From: Nemertoderma westbladi
Taxonomy: Eukaryota; Animalia; Xenacoelomorpha
NCBI GenBank assembly: GCA_032718475.1
Contig: JAUCBJ010004415.1
Coordinates: forward strand, 1 to 64,000
Direction: 5' to 3'
DNA length: 64,000 nt
The first letter of the stretch is position 1. Every line of letters begins with the position of its first letter. Made by a program: the position numbers and the translations under genes. The notes below the pieces were generated by a model. That model was not told where the DNA came from, ran no database searches, and saw only the letters and a list, made by a program, of their open reading frames with translations. Positions 26,052 through 38,400 of this stretch are shown here, piece by piece.

Positions 26052-28078
26052 TAAATTGGAGAGATACGCCTATTCCTACTATCGGAAGAGACGGTAACAA
26101 TACCTGCAATATCCTACTGTAAAGTTTGTAAATCAAATCATAAATCCGACCTTCTCACCAAAACAGTAAACCCCAAGTAAGCGAATATATTGCAGTATCG
26201 ATCTCTTTTAACCGGTGAGGCAGAAAACAGTCTACGAGCAGACAAACTTCGATAAAACAAATCCCGCGCAGCGAATCCTAAAATCAGGCTGACTCACTGA
26301 CGGACTAAGAGGCTCGTATACTTTGCCGCGGTGTGATTTATATGGTTGGGCAAAGGGACGCTAGCTAGGTATAGAGCAGATTTGGAGATGGCTAACTAGC
26401 GAGCAAAGTGCAGTAAGGACGAAAGTTAATTTTATATATTTCGAGGTGTAAATAATTTCTAACGCGCGTGTGTTAATTCTGAACGGTCAAAGCAGTTTTG
26501 CTCCTTCACATATATAATTACTGGGTACGGTGTGCATTTTACGAATATTCTAATTTTATAACTTGTAGGTCCAATACTCACGAATGATAAGGTTCCTTCC
26601 CCTCTTGCGTATTTCCAGGACTCAAATTCAGGCATAAGGTTAATACTACGCCCAGAATTCGGCAATTTTAGGTACCAGGTCCCTGATACTAAGAAGAGAT
26701 GTGTATATATATAAAAAAAAAATAAAAAAAATATATATATATATATCCACATAAAAAAAAAATTAAATAATATATCAATTAATTATAATTATAGAAGAGA
26801 TGTGTTAGTTTACTACTGTAGGCGTACGGGTACTAATAGCTATCCTGGCTCCTATCTAGAATTTTAGTCACCCAGGTAGTCCGGGTAACTTCCTATTAGG
26901 GCGTTGGCGGGGACACGGTAGATGTTAGTATATCCCTGATAGCCTCAATTTATTTGCGCCTAGCGTAAACTGCCCTACCGCCCGAACGGTACAATCCCAA
27001 TTCAGGTGAAAACACAGCAACCCCTTAGCCTACAAGTTCTGATGTAACGGACACCGTTGTACGGCAAATAGTCGCACACACACCTGTACTTAGCAAGAGT
27101 TAAGCGTACAGTTTGCTGCACCCTAACCAATGTGTATGCCTTGTACCGGTGTGCCTACGTCCTATCTGCGTACTAGTATCTGCTCTCTCTCCCTCCCCCC
27201 CCCGTAGGAATATGAAGGTCTACTGCGGTTTTCCCTGAATCAAGACAGTACAGTCCCTATGATGTAATTTTGGGCTCACAGCGTGTCACTACGTCTACCT
27301 TTGATCTTTTGGTCTTACACTTAGGTAGCAAGGATCGAACGCTGTCTAACCTTTCAGGCGATGGGCGAATAACACTAGATGGTATTGCGGGTTGTCTCTC
27401 GTCTACATTCCCGTGATGTTCCCGTTCATTGCTGCGGCCCGATCTCTAGCCGGCCATCCTGTCCCTGGGTTTGTTCACCGTAGTGAAACCATATTAAAAC
27501 AGATAGAAAAGGGCTGAGATGTGACTAGTATTTCTGACTTTTATTACAAAAGATATAATAACTATTATACAATAAACAATGTAATCTGAAATAAGACAGA
27601 AAGTGAATGATGGATTGAGAGATTGAGAGTAGATTAGATAACTAATGAACGAATCGCACCTTTATATACTAAATTTGTGCTGCAATCAATCGAGAAAATT
27701 CTCGATTGTTCTATAGGTTCTAACAAGGTTTTAAAGATAGCTTATTGGTCCAGCTAATATATAACTTGCACGACATTGGTTACAATCAAATAACTACAGC
27801 CTTATTGGTACAGACAAATGCAATTAATTTGTAGCGGTTAATTTAAATGAGTTGAAATTCTGCACAAAAAATAATTCGCACTTACTAGGATTCGAACTCG
27901 ATACCTACTACACATATAATTTCCAACGCTCTACCAACTGAGCTACTGAACCACTTGACCGATAGATACACAATAGATAGAACCAATACTAATGAGAACT
28001 TAAAGCAATCTTTACAAAGTTAATCCGAATAAAATAAAATTTTGAAAATCCACGGCATTTAGGGAATATAATTCTATA
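26052..28078 (-). repeat. Element D 3' LTR
   Basis: Direct repeat of 40187-42114 plus an AT-rich insert at 26705-26792. Confidence 0.93.
27866..27952 (-). promoter_or_regulatory. tRNA-derived Pol III-type unit (A box, B box, T6) in the D 3' LTR
   Basis: GGTTCAG-TAGCTCAGTTGGTAGAGC..GAGTTCGAATCC..TTTTTT on the minus strand. Acceptor and T stems are degenerate. Confidence 0.7.
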
Positions 28079-28759
28079 CCGCTCCATGAAAACAGGATAT
28101 TATCGTGCATAAAATATACGGTTTTCACCAATAATCAATCAAACTATAAAATACTTAGGGCGTACTTACATATTTACAATTAAGTTTCAAACAATACTTC
28201 CTTTCTACGTAATGATTCGATACAAAAATAATTACAAATTCAAACTTTACGTATTTATGGCTTTACTAAGTAAGTACAATATAAATCTAAATTAAATTCA
28301 CCAATGTAAATCTATTGCATCTCAGATATTGCATAAATTCAAACAATTACAAATACAAATAAATGAAAACAATAAGAAAGGCTCGCAAGTCTTCCATCTA
28401 CTATTGTATCTCAAATATTGCATAAATTCAAGTAATTACAAATACTTTCGTACCTAAATGTAGATTGCATAAGTTTGGAATAATTACAAATATGAGTCTT
28501 TCTGAGCACAAAATTTTCTGTCTATAAAACTTTCTCTTTAGGTACAAATACTGCTTATAAAATATAAGTTCCTTCTAAACTTTCTAAATTTCACAAATTC
28601 GGAACAATACAAATTGCATAAGTTTGGAATAAGCACAAATATAAAATATAAGTTTTACTAAATATAAATCTTACTAAATATAAGTCTTTACTTAAATATA
28701 AATATAAACTGCATAAGTTTAGAATAATATAAACCTTTGCATCTCAAACATGAAACATA

Positions 28760-29934
28760 CGCTTGTGTCCTTCTGGGCTCCTCCCCGAGGCGCACCCACG
28801 AGGCGGACACCTTTCCACCACCCCTGGGGCCAGTCCGACTGCTTGTTATTATCAGACCGGGCCGGAGGGTGGCCTGATGCTTCCCGGGTTCAATTTTCAA
28901 TTCCCCGATCACACCAGCACAGCTCGTCGAACGTGTAGCCAGATGGGCGGCTACTGTCAACTTACTGTGGCCTGACTGTACATTGAGCCAACTCAAAGTA
29001 TAACAAAGAGTCAACCGGCAGGTGGACCAGTCGATAGTGATCGAGCACCAAGGTCGCCCTTGGGCCTAACCGACGGTCTTGTCCCAAGCGGGCTTGCGCT
29101 ACCCGACATGGAATTTTGACTCGTTTTCACCTGCCTCGCCGGCAGTATTTAAAAAACAATACTGTCTGTAGCTCAAAAGCTACTGAACAAGTAACCACTT
29201 ACCAGTCACTGTACACGTGTACTCAACAGATGTTCACGAAATCAAGTACACAACGGTAAGCACAAAATCGAACACATACCATGCACACACAGAGACAAAA
29301 TCGGGAAAGACAAAATCGGGGTCAAATCAGAGGGGACAAAATTGTATCGACCGGAGGCAAATCGAGAGTACTTTATTTTACCGACAGGGTAAAATAACTT
29401 TGTGTGCACAAAGTATGCTGGGGCGCAGTAAAGTATGGTCCTACTAATACCAGCGGCGTCTTGTCCAACTGGCAAGGGTTCCCATACCCACTCGCAGTGG
29501 CCACACATACAATCACGTGTACTCACGTACCTACAGCGACAGAAAGCTCAAAGACCCAAACAAATCCCAAAGACCAATCAGCTGAACATGGAGACAATAA
29601 CATATAGTATCAAAAAAACGGAACAGCTGACGGCCAAAGGAACCCATCCAAGCCCCAAGCAAACTACCACTGGTTGCTCACATACAAAACATAGTTCACG
29701 CCACATGAACCACAAATCACGCCATGCCACCACCCCTACTGTGTACAGGACTGGCAGTACGGCAACATGCCGACTAGACGATACCACGGCACCATGGCAA
29801 TTCATGGTTCGTTAGACACGAGGGCCTTCAGTGACTCCCTAGCACTATATTTGAGATTTAGCGTGCCCCCAGACCCTCACGAGTCCGCCGCCGCCTGTTA
29901 AGATCACCCCTATAGAGACCTCACCTCTTTGGGT
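28760..29934 (-). ncRNA. Group I intron (copy in the element D 3' UTR)
   Basis: P1 is AAGAUU|ACCC paired with GGGUGAUCUU, with U.G at the splice site. P3 GGCAGGUG/CACCUGCC, P7 GACUG/CAGUC, J8/7 CAAUGUA and a terminal G at 28760. Homologous to 51988-53248. Confidence 0.88.
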
Positions 29935-30109
29935 AATCTTTCAAATATAAGTTCCTTCTAAACTTTCTAAATTTCATAAATTCGGAACAATACAAATTGC
30001 ATAAGTTTGGAATAAGCAAAAACTTTCTAAATATAAAACATATAATTCAAATAAATCACAAATCATAAGAAAGGCCCACGAGTCTTCCGTCCACCCTTGC
30101 CCTCCCCTT

Positions 30110-31324
30110 TTATCGTTTAGTTGATCGAGCCCTGCCGCGTCCTCGAAAACTGCGCACAGGTGACTTTGCTCGCGATATGGGACTAATGGGGCGAGTCACT
30201 GGTTTACTTGGGACGTTGAGAGACGGTGCAACTATTTCCTCGCAAATTCGTCTATTTGGCATCCCAAAACCTCGACCAATTCCTCGTGACCGATCAGTTG
30301 TCGCTACAGTTGGTAGAACGTCTGGGAACGCGTGAGAAGCGGACGACGCAGACCCAAGAGTAGCTTGCGCCCCCTGTTGATCAGCTGGTGTATGTCCCGA
30401 TCCTCCTACCGGTTCTCTTGGAAGTGATACCGTATCCCGAGTAACTCGAATAGTCGGCTCAACTCCCTTACGTTCTTCTACATTAATAATTTTCTTCAAT
30501 TGTTGGCCCACCTTCTGGACCCGTATGATCCTACCCTGCCCGTCCTCCCGAGGGTGACGTGCAGACGGCGCAACCGGAGTGGCTGGTATATTTGTCGCCT
30601 CTAGGACCTCCTCTTCCTCGAATACGCTCGCTCGTATACGTTTATGGTAAAACGCGGCTCGGTACGCCCATGCGACGGTTAACCAAGCTCCCTTGTTCCG
30701 CTTTTCAGTTCGGAAACGATCAAATTCACCATACGTGATACGATTTACGACTTTCTGAAAATTCCACGTGTTCTTGTTGTCTGGGTGAATCTGTAATAGA
30801 TACTCGCGCACCACTCGGAATCCGCTGTCGTGGGGCAAAATATCGACAACCTCGATAAGTTCGTCATATTGAGGCATAGCGGAGATGTATCCTTCCGACA
30901 TCATCGTCTGGGGATTTACCGCCCAAAATCCGAGATGCGCTCTCATCGGAAACCGTCTTCTCTGTGCCGATACATGTTCGTCGGCCAAATCTTCCCACTC
31001 ATCAAATAACTTCCTCACGAGTTTTACAGATTCGTGTTCATAAGGTATGTCCCTTAGTTGGCATTCAGATGCTCGATGTCCCTTTATATTGCAGTAAGTA
31101 CATTGAGCCATAAATCTCCAGCAAGTATAAAAGGTATGAGACCCTTGATCCCCACACCATCCACAGATTAGCTGAGTCGTAGTAATGTGCTTTCCACTGC
31201 ACTTTGTCATATGATGTCCAGCGACGCCACATTTACTACACATCGTATTAGCAGGGTACCACACTCGTTCGTATAAGATCTCCAATCGGTCGAGCGCTTC
31301 CTCCCATACTATAATCGTAATCAT
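30110..31324 (-). CDS. Element D accessory 3' ORF, CCHC zinc-knuckle protein (possibly joined by frameshifts to ORFs 31248-31622 and 31475-31918)
   Basis: CSKCGVAGHHMTKC, CGWCGDQGSHTFYTC, CTYCNIKGHRASEC and a basic C-terminus. Homologous to 45902-46795. Confidence 0.7.
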   Translation of the reverse strand: MITIIVWEEALDRLEILYERVWYPANTMCSKCGVAGHHMTKCSGKHITTTQLICGWCGDQGSHTFYTCWRFMAQCTYCNIKGHRASECQLRDIPYEHESVKLVRKLFDEWEDLADEHVSAQRRRFPMRAHLGFWAVNPQTMMSEGYISAMPQYDELIEVVDILPHDSGFRVVREYLLQIHPDNKNTWNFQKVVNRITYGEFDRFRTEKRNKGAWLTVAWAYRAAFYHKRIRASVFEEEEVLEATNIPATPVAPSARHPREDGQGRIIRVQKVGQQLKKIINVEERKGVEPTIRVTRDTVSLPREPVGGSGHTPADQQGAQATLGSASSASHAFPDVLPTVATTDRSRGIGRGFGMPNRRICEEIVAPSLNVPSKPVTRPISPISRAKSPVRSFRGRGRARSTKR

Positions 31325-32471
31325 CTGGGTCTATGGGTTGGTAGGTTTCTGAAGGTTGTATACAAACTATAGCATCTGTTGCTTCAAGTTGTCGAATCTC
31401 CGTCTGAGATTTCTTCGGGAGGTTCCTTTCTATCTCAAGAAGTTCCTCTAAAGGATCGTCGGCGATCGTAGTAGTTACGTTGAAATCATCACCGAGGTGA
31501 CCGATAGGCGCGCGCGTCTGCCGTGATTCATCCGTAATTTCCACAATACGTTCTCCTTCATAGGGTAACAATGTAAACATAGATGGTCTTTCGATAAGAG
31601 ATCCCGCACAGCGAAGATACACGTCTCGAAATATACTAAATCCTGCTCGAGTAAAGGCATTACTGTCTTTGCGAGCTTCACTGTACTTTCTGATAATTCC
31701 TTTATACCAAATATAGTGTAGTCTTTTGCTCCAAATCGTTCGAATGAAGCTGCCGCCTCCTCTGGGATATCATATCCCCATCTCGGCTCTCTTTGTATCC
31801 CTTTCTCCATAATTAGAGGTGTAGTTACATAATCATTACTACTAGAGGGAATACAACAGAGTTTGTGGTTAGTTGTGAGGAGACGTGAGAGTTTCGTCTG
31901 CCTTTTGGGCTTCGACAACGCTCTAACCTCCTACCCATAGCCTAAGATCTAAGGTTTCTTTAATGACACGCTGCTTCTTATCTAAAATTTTTTGCCGAAA
32001 TAAAAAACGAATTTGGGCTAAACTGGCCGTGAGTCTAAAATACTCACCTTTTGATCCCAAACTATTATCAGAAAATAAGCAGTCAAGAATTAGTAATAAA
32101 TATAGGGGAGTCTATTTTGACGTAACTTATTGAAACAAGACCGTGTAAAATTTAATTAAAATTTTAAGAAAGGCTCGCAAGTCTTCCTCTCTTGTTTCTC
32201 TAATTTTAAGTTCCACCCGACTGTACCCTGAAATCTATTCACTGGAGAAATTTTTTAAAAATTTTTCAAATCCAAATGGATTGTCTAAAATTTCGAAAAT
32301 GTCTCAATATTGTGAGTTCCAAGTAGAATTCCATTTCTTATACCTACAAATCCCGCTCCTATGTGACACATAAGGGTACTACCCTCAATGTTCACATATA
32401 AAGACAATGGAATTCTACCGCTGTCCTTACTACGGTGTACAGGTACGTGGAATCTATTTGTAAACTCCTAA

Positions 32472-35400
32472 TTATTTACTAGTATTAGGTGGAGATTTGT
32501 AGTCTCCAGACTCATTACGAGTCTCTTCAAGAAGTACGAGACGTTGAGTCGGTCTGTCTACTGTACGACCGTCAATTGTCCGTACCGTCACAGTTCTTGT
32601 CACTCCATCCATAGATGGATGTGTGGCTAAAATGACACCTGTTATCCAGAAGCGTCTTTTTAGATTCACTTCTGCCAACAGCACGTGATCTCCCGGCTTT
32701 AATGCGCGGGTGTTATTGTACCAGTTTGTTCTGGCAGAAATAGAGGGCAAATAATGGTTTTGCCATATTTCCCAGAATTTGTTAGCCAGTAGTTGCGTGA
32801 TTTTCCACGCTTTTCTACCGTAGCTGTCGCTTTCTATTGGAATAGAAATAGGTGTCAAAGTCGTCGGTGCCTGCATAAGCAGGTGTGCCGGTGTCAAAGC
32901 AAACTGAGATTGTTTGTCATCGGGTACTAATACTATTGGTCTAGTATTTAGTATTGCCTCGATTTCAACAAACAATGTTGTCAGTTGGTCGTCTGTTAAT
33001 ATGTGGTTTACTGGAATGACCTTTGCCATGGCTGTCTTTATAGATCTAATCAATCTCTCCCAGACTCCGCCTCTCCAAGGACTATCTGGAGGATTAAACT
33101 TCCAAACAATCTTGTGAGGTTGCAGTTCGTTCGAGATTTGATCATGATCTAATTTCTTAAAGGCTCTAGCAATCTCATTCCGAGCACCAACGAAGTTTGT
33201 CCCTTGGTCTGAGTACAAGCATTTCACTAGTCCGCGTCTAGCGATAAATCGCCGCAGTGCTAGTATAAACGCGTTGGTGGAAAGATCCATCACACGTTCA
33301 ATATGAACTGCCCTACTGGACATACATGTGAAAATCAGTCCCCAGCGTTTTACTAGTATACGTCCACGTTTCGTATGTATGGGACCAAAGCAATCAATTC
33401 CAGTCTCTGTAAAAGGTGGTCTGAATGCTTGAAGTCGTGCTTGTGGTAGTTCACTCATTTCTTGGGTACCTATTCTAGAATGTACCTTTTTACAAATAAT
33501 ACACGTACGTGTCACTGAACTTAATGCTTTACTGGGTCTAATTAATACAAATCTAGTACGTAAGTAGGAAAGACAGTGGTGTCTTCCAGCGTGTTTCAGA
33601 TGTAAATGTGCGTCCAGTATCATTGCACGTTGTAGTTCGTGATGTTGCGGTATTATTATTGGGTACCTAAAGTTTGTGTTAAAGTCAATGTTTTGAAGCC
33701 GAGATTTATGACAAATTAAGCCATTATAAATTATCGGACTCCAACTCAGTATCGGTGACGACTTGATTGGTTGACCTTGATTTATAGATGTGAATTCGCG
33801 CGCGAAATATCTCAGTTGGTAATGGCGAATTAATTTAATCTCACACCTGTCAATCTCAGCCAATGTAAGTCGACGTGTGAAGTCACGTTTGCCTTTAACG
33901 TATTGTACAAAACGTACAATCCACGCTAATTTTCGGCAAGCGTTTGACCAAGAATCTGTTAGGTTTACAATACGGTCGACGTAAGTATTTGTGACGTCAT
34001 CAGGTAAGTCAATGGAGAACTTGGAAGGTTTTGAATTACTAGAAGGGCCCACGGGTCCGCCGGTAAGTATTCCCTTGTTGACTGTTGATCCGTCCGGGTC
34101 TACAAGTAATTTGTCCTTCTTTGTCTTCTTACCTTGATTGTCGGTACTTTGTAAGTCGATCGCTAATGGTGGTTTGAACTCTATAGGGTCAGCAGGTTTT
34201 GGTAAACTTATTTTCCTGCCGACATTAATCCCAGGTCTCACCACAGGTTGTAAGTTCGGTATGTCTCTTGAGCGCAAAGTAACACCTGTATTTACATTAG
34301 CGTAGGTACTACCCACATCTGCAATACATGAGGTTTCACCATGCTTATGGTTGCTCAAGTGTGTCAAAATTGGTGGTTTGTCAATAGAAGGCCGCTCCAA
34401 TAGGGAAACTGCGGCTTTATTGTTAGTCAATACATTACTAGTGTCTAGTCGACTGTCTAGTAGTGTGTCTGGCGATACGTCTGGTAACGTATCTGGTTGT
34501 TTGTCAATAGAAGGCCGCTCCAATAGGGAAACTGCGGCTTTACTGTATGTCAGTGTGTTACTAGCGTCTGGTGGAACATTTTGTGATATGTCTGGCAAAA
34601 TGTCTGGTTGGCTGTCTAGTAACATGTCTGGTTGACCGTCTGGTAACGTGTCTGGTTGACCGTCTGGCGATATGTCTGGTGTAGAAAGGCTCGCAAGTCT
34701 TCCTCTCTTGACCTTTGAAGTTATATCCTTCCATTTCGCCTTCGGTTTCTTCTTGAGTTTAGTTGCCGTCGTCCTTTTCTTTGTATCGACGGGCATTGTT
34801 GATGTCGTTGGGGTAGGTAGACTCGCAAGCCTATCATCTGTCGTCGATGGAATCTCTAGCTGACTCGTCTTCTCCCCAAGTTCTAAACTCACCTTGTGGA
34901 TTAGCTGCTCCTTGTGACTTATCATACTAGTTACACGTCTGTTATGTTTTGTATGTAAGGTAGTATGGTCCACGTCGTGTGAAAAGGAATGAATTGAATT
35001 TATAGTTAATAAACTACATGTACTCTGTACATCGTCTTCCTCGTCACTTACGTCTAGTGTGCGCACAGGCGCTCGAGTATACCACCCTATCGGCGTTCTG
35101 CAGGCGTATGCGTTTCCTGCTACAACTGCCGATGGTCTGGTTTCCCACACCTGATGTAGGTTGAATTGGTCCGTCCCGATCAGCATTGCTACCGATCTAT
35201 AATTGGCAGGACATTCGGGTACACCAAGGTGTCTGAAATACTTACGGTCCTCTAGAGATTGTGCCGGCACTGGACCTAGTAGGTTACTAAAGTCCTTCGT
35301 GGCCGCAAAGGTTAGATCTCTAAAGGGCAACAAAGACCTCTCCCTCTCGCTGTGTTGCGATCTTGGAAGAAGAGAGTCTAAGTCCAACTTAACTCGTGTC

Positions 35401-38400
35401 ACTGGTATTGCACGCTGTCCGTGCATACTACTTACTGTATAACTGACGTGCTTACCTTGTCTAAGATCTGTTACGACGTCAGCTATCTTTTCATCTACGT
35501 AACTGTGAGATGAGGCTGAGTCTAGAATCGCGTAAATCCTCTTACTCCCCTTTGTGCCAGTAACTTTAATCGGGATTACACTGAATCCCTTCAGTTGGTC
35601 AGTGGTCAGGAGCGCGATTGACGGTTGTTCGTCTCTATTTGAATATTCGTCGTCTTCTGATTCTTCGTCCGACGATCCGGATTGTTCTGAAAAGCAATCC
35701 TCTATATGGGTCACGAAAGTCGGAGTCGTTTTCGATTCTCGTTTTCGGTAAGCCGCATCACATCTCGCTGCTGCTTCCGGGTGTTCCCTGGCGAAGCGTT
35801 TCGTCGGCGTGTGGCTGTCTGTGTGGAGCAGACCGTCGTGGTTGCGTCCACAGGATGGACAAGTGTCGGTATTTGGGCAATCCTTACGGACGTGTCCGTG
35901 TCGCGTACACCGCCAACAAGAGTCCAGTGGCCGTATCTGCAGCCGTCGTTCTTCTGAGTTCAACTCGCGAAATTGTCGACAACCTCGTAACTTGTGACCA
36001 ATATACCGCTTACCTAAATGTTCGCAGTATTGGCAGCCGTTGAAGTCAGCGCTGAGTTGCTGTCTCGTCTGTTTCGTTCCAATGGGCGCAGATACTCTAT
36101 TCCCGTCTGAGAATTGTCGTGATTCCGTCGGTGTGGCGTAAGTGGCCGTCTTTGTGGATGTTGTCTGGGGTTTTTGTCGGTTAGAGGATGGCAGTGTGAT
36201 CCCTTCTGCCACGATGTGCTGGTCGGTATAGTTAGATCGAGTCTCTACTACCGCCTCCCTGGATATTAAAAGGTACACATCTTCTAATTTCAGGAATCCT
36301 CCTCGCTCCTCTCGCTGATATTCGACCTTCCTCCACTCCCGACGAAGTCGATGGTGGAGTCGTCCTATTATCTTTAATAGAACTGTAGGCGTATTCCCGT
36401 AATCAAGTTGTCCAATTGATCTTAAGGTAGTGATAGCGTTCTTGATTTCGTCAGCCAGTTTTAGTAAGTCGACGGGTTTAGTGATAGCCCCTCCCTTACA
36501 GAGTTCTTCTATTACTGACCTGGCCATACTCACTGTACCTCAGTATATCGAAGTCAAACGATCGTACGCTAGTTCGAAAGCGTCTGGTACACCGACGAAA
36601 GTCTCCGCCAAACGTTTAGGTTCTCCTGACAACGTTTGGAGCAGGTAATTGAACTTCTCCCGTGATGTAAAGGCGCACACGGCGATCTGGGATTCGATAT
36701 AGTCTACGAAGGTATGCCAGTGTTTTGAGCTACCGGAAAACTTCGGTGGTTGTTGTACCGGCAATCCCTGTCTGGCTGCGAATTTCGCTATCTCCTCGGC
36801 AACGTTCAGAGTTTCGCGTCCTTGGTTGGTAACCTGGTTGATGTTCTCCCTTCTAGGCGCTTTTCCCTGATACGATGTGGGGTTTGAAGGTACCGGTCTT
36901 TGTGGTCCCTTCGGGTGTCTATTGTGTTCGAATTCGGAATTTCTCGAACTGTCGGTTTGAACTTCCTCCAGACGCTCCTCGATCTGAGCCAACTTGTTGA
37001 CAACTGGTCGCAGAATGTCGGCGAACTGTTGTGTACTAATTGCGTCCGTTGGTTGTAACGCCTTCTGTGTTGGTGTATTCTGTGGAGGATTGTCTGCAAA
37101 GGAGTTGTCTGAACGCTCGCGTTTATATTCATCGGCCGCCCCTGTTCTAAATACCTCGCGTTTCGGGTAATCCGATTCGCTCGAAGTACTACTATCATCC
37201 GGATATGGTGGTCGACGTGCTCGCGTCCGTTGCGTCGTATGAATTCTAACATTCCGTTTCGGAACATCGTCCACTGATCTCCGTTGTTCGGTAGGCTCAC
37301 AAGTCTTCCTCGAAGTCGTAGATTGCGATGTAAACTGATTGAATGGTCGCGTCTCCACTGTTCTCCGTTGTTCGGTAGGCTCACAAGTCTTCCTCGAAGT
37401 CGTAGATTGCGATGTAAACTGATTGAATGGTCGCGTCTCCACTGTTCTCCGTTGTTCGGTAGGCTCACAAGTCTTCCTCGAAGTCGTAGATTGCGATGTA
37501 AACTGATTGAATGGTCGCGTCTCCACTGTTCTCCGTTGTTCGGTAGGCTCACAAGTCTTCCTCGAAGTCGTAGATTGTGACGTAAACTGATTGAATGGTG
37601 GTCGGACGACCGCGTTTGAATCCAAAGGCCTCGTAGGCCGAAATGTCATGGGGTAATCGTAGTGCGTAACGGGTTTAGGTGTCAAAGGTGTACTCACCTG
37701 TTTTGTCGTCAGTAGTGCAGGTCCGACTAATAAACTACTACGATCTGTAATCGGTGGGTTACTTACCTTGACTCTCGGAATAGGCGACGACGTTGCTCTT
37801 GGCGGTGTAAACTTGTCCGGAATAACAAACCTGTGTTCCGTCACACCATGGATAGGAGAGATATCGCTGCTACCAGCAATCGAAATAGGTTCCTTAGTAG
37901 TAACCGGTGCAAACATATGAGTTACCTGTGGGAATCGTTGACACACGTCTTTTACTAATTGTCGTTCCCGTCCGGGTGCTCCTACGCTTCCTTCCTTCTT
38001 TCGTTCCTGAATTTGGCGATGTCTTACCTCTAACTGGTCCAAATCATGTCCGTCACGAGATCTCATCGATCGATCGCGGGCTTGTAGATCCAGGTCTTCC
38101 TTGGCGTTGGCTAATTCTCTCGCCTTCTTCTCGAGTTCGAAACGAAGTTTAACTTCTTTCTCGCGTTGCTCCGTTTGTTGTTGTTGCGCCTCGAGTTCCG
38201 CTTGTCGTATAGCTGACTGGGCCTTTATTTGCCGTGTCTTCATTTCTGCTCTGGCTTCTAAAACTAACCGGTTTCTCTCCAACTCTGCCTCTGCCGCTGC
38301 CGCTGCCGCTTGTCGCTCTGACTCAGCCGTTGCCGCTTGTCGCTCTGACTCAGCCGCTGCCGCTGCTGCTGTTTGTTGCGCAATGTCCAACTCTAATCTT

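Noticed and set aside
27866-27952. Functional tRNA gene
   Set aside because: Acceptor, anticodon and T stems do not pair.
29242-29526. Short ORF similar between the two introns (also 52447-52740) as an intron-encoded protein
   Set aside because: Similarity follows nucleotide identity over hairpins, the frames diverge on both sides, and no LAGLIDADG, HNH, GIY-YIG or His-Cys motif is present.
36540-36542. In-frame TGA in D as a programmed readthrough site
   Set aside because: It falls at the conserved Gly of the capsid YG motif (RYG in E, EYG in C), before the zinc knuckles. A GGA to TGA mutation is simpler.
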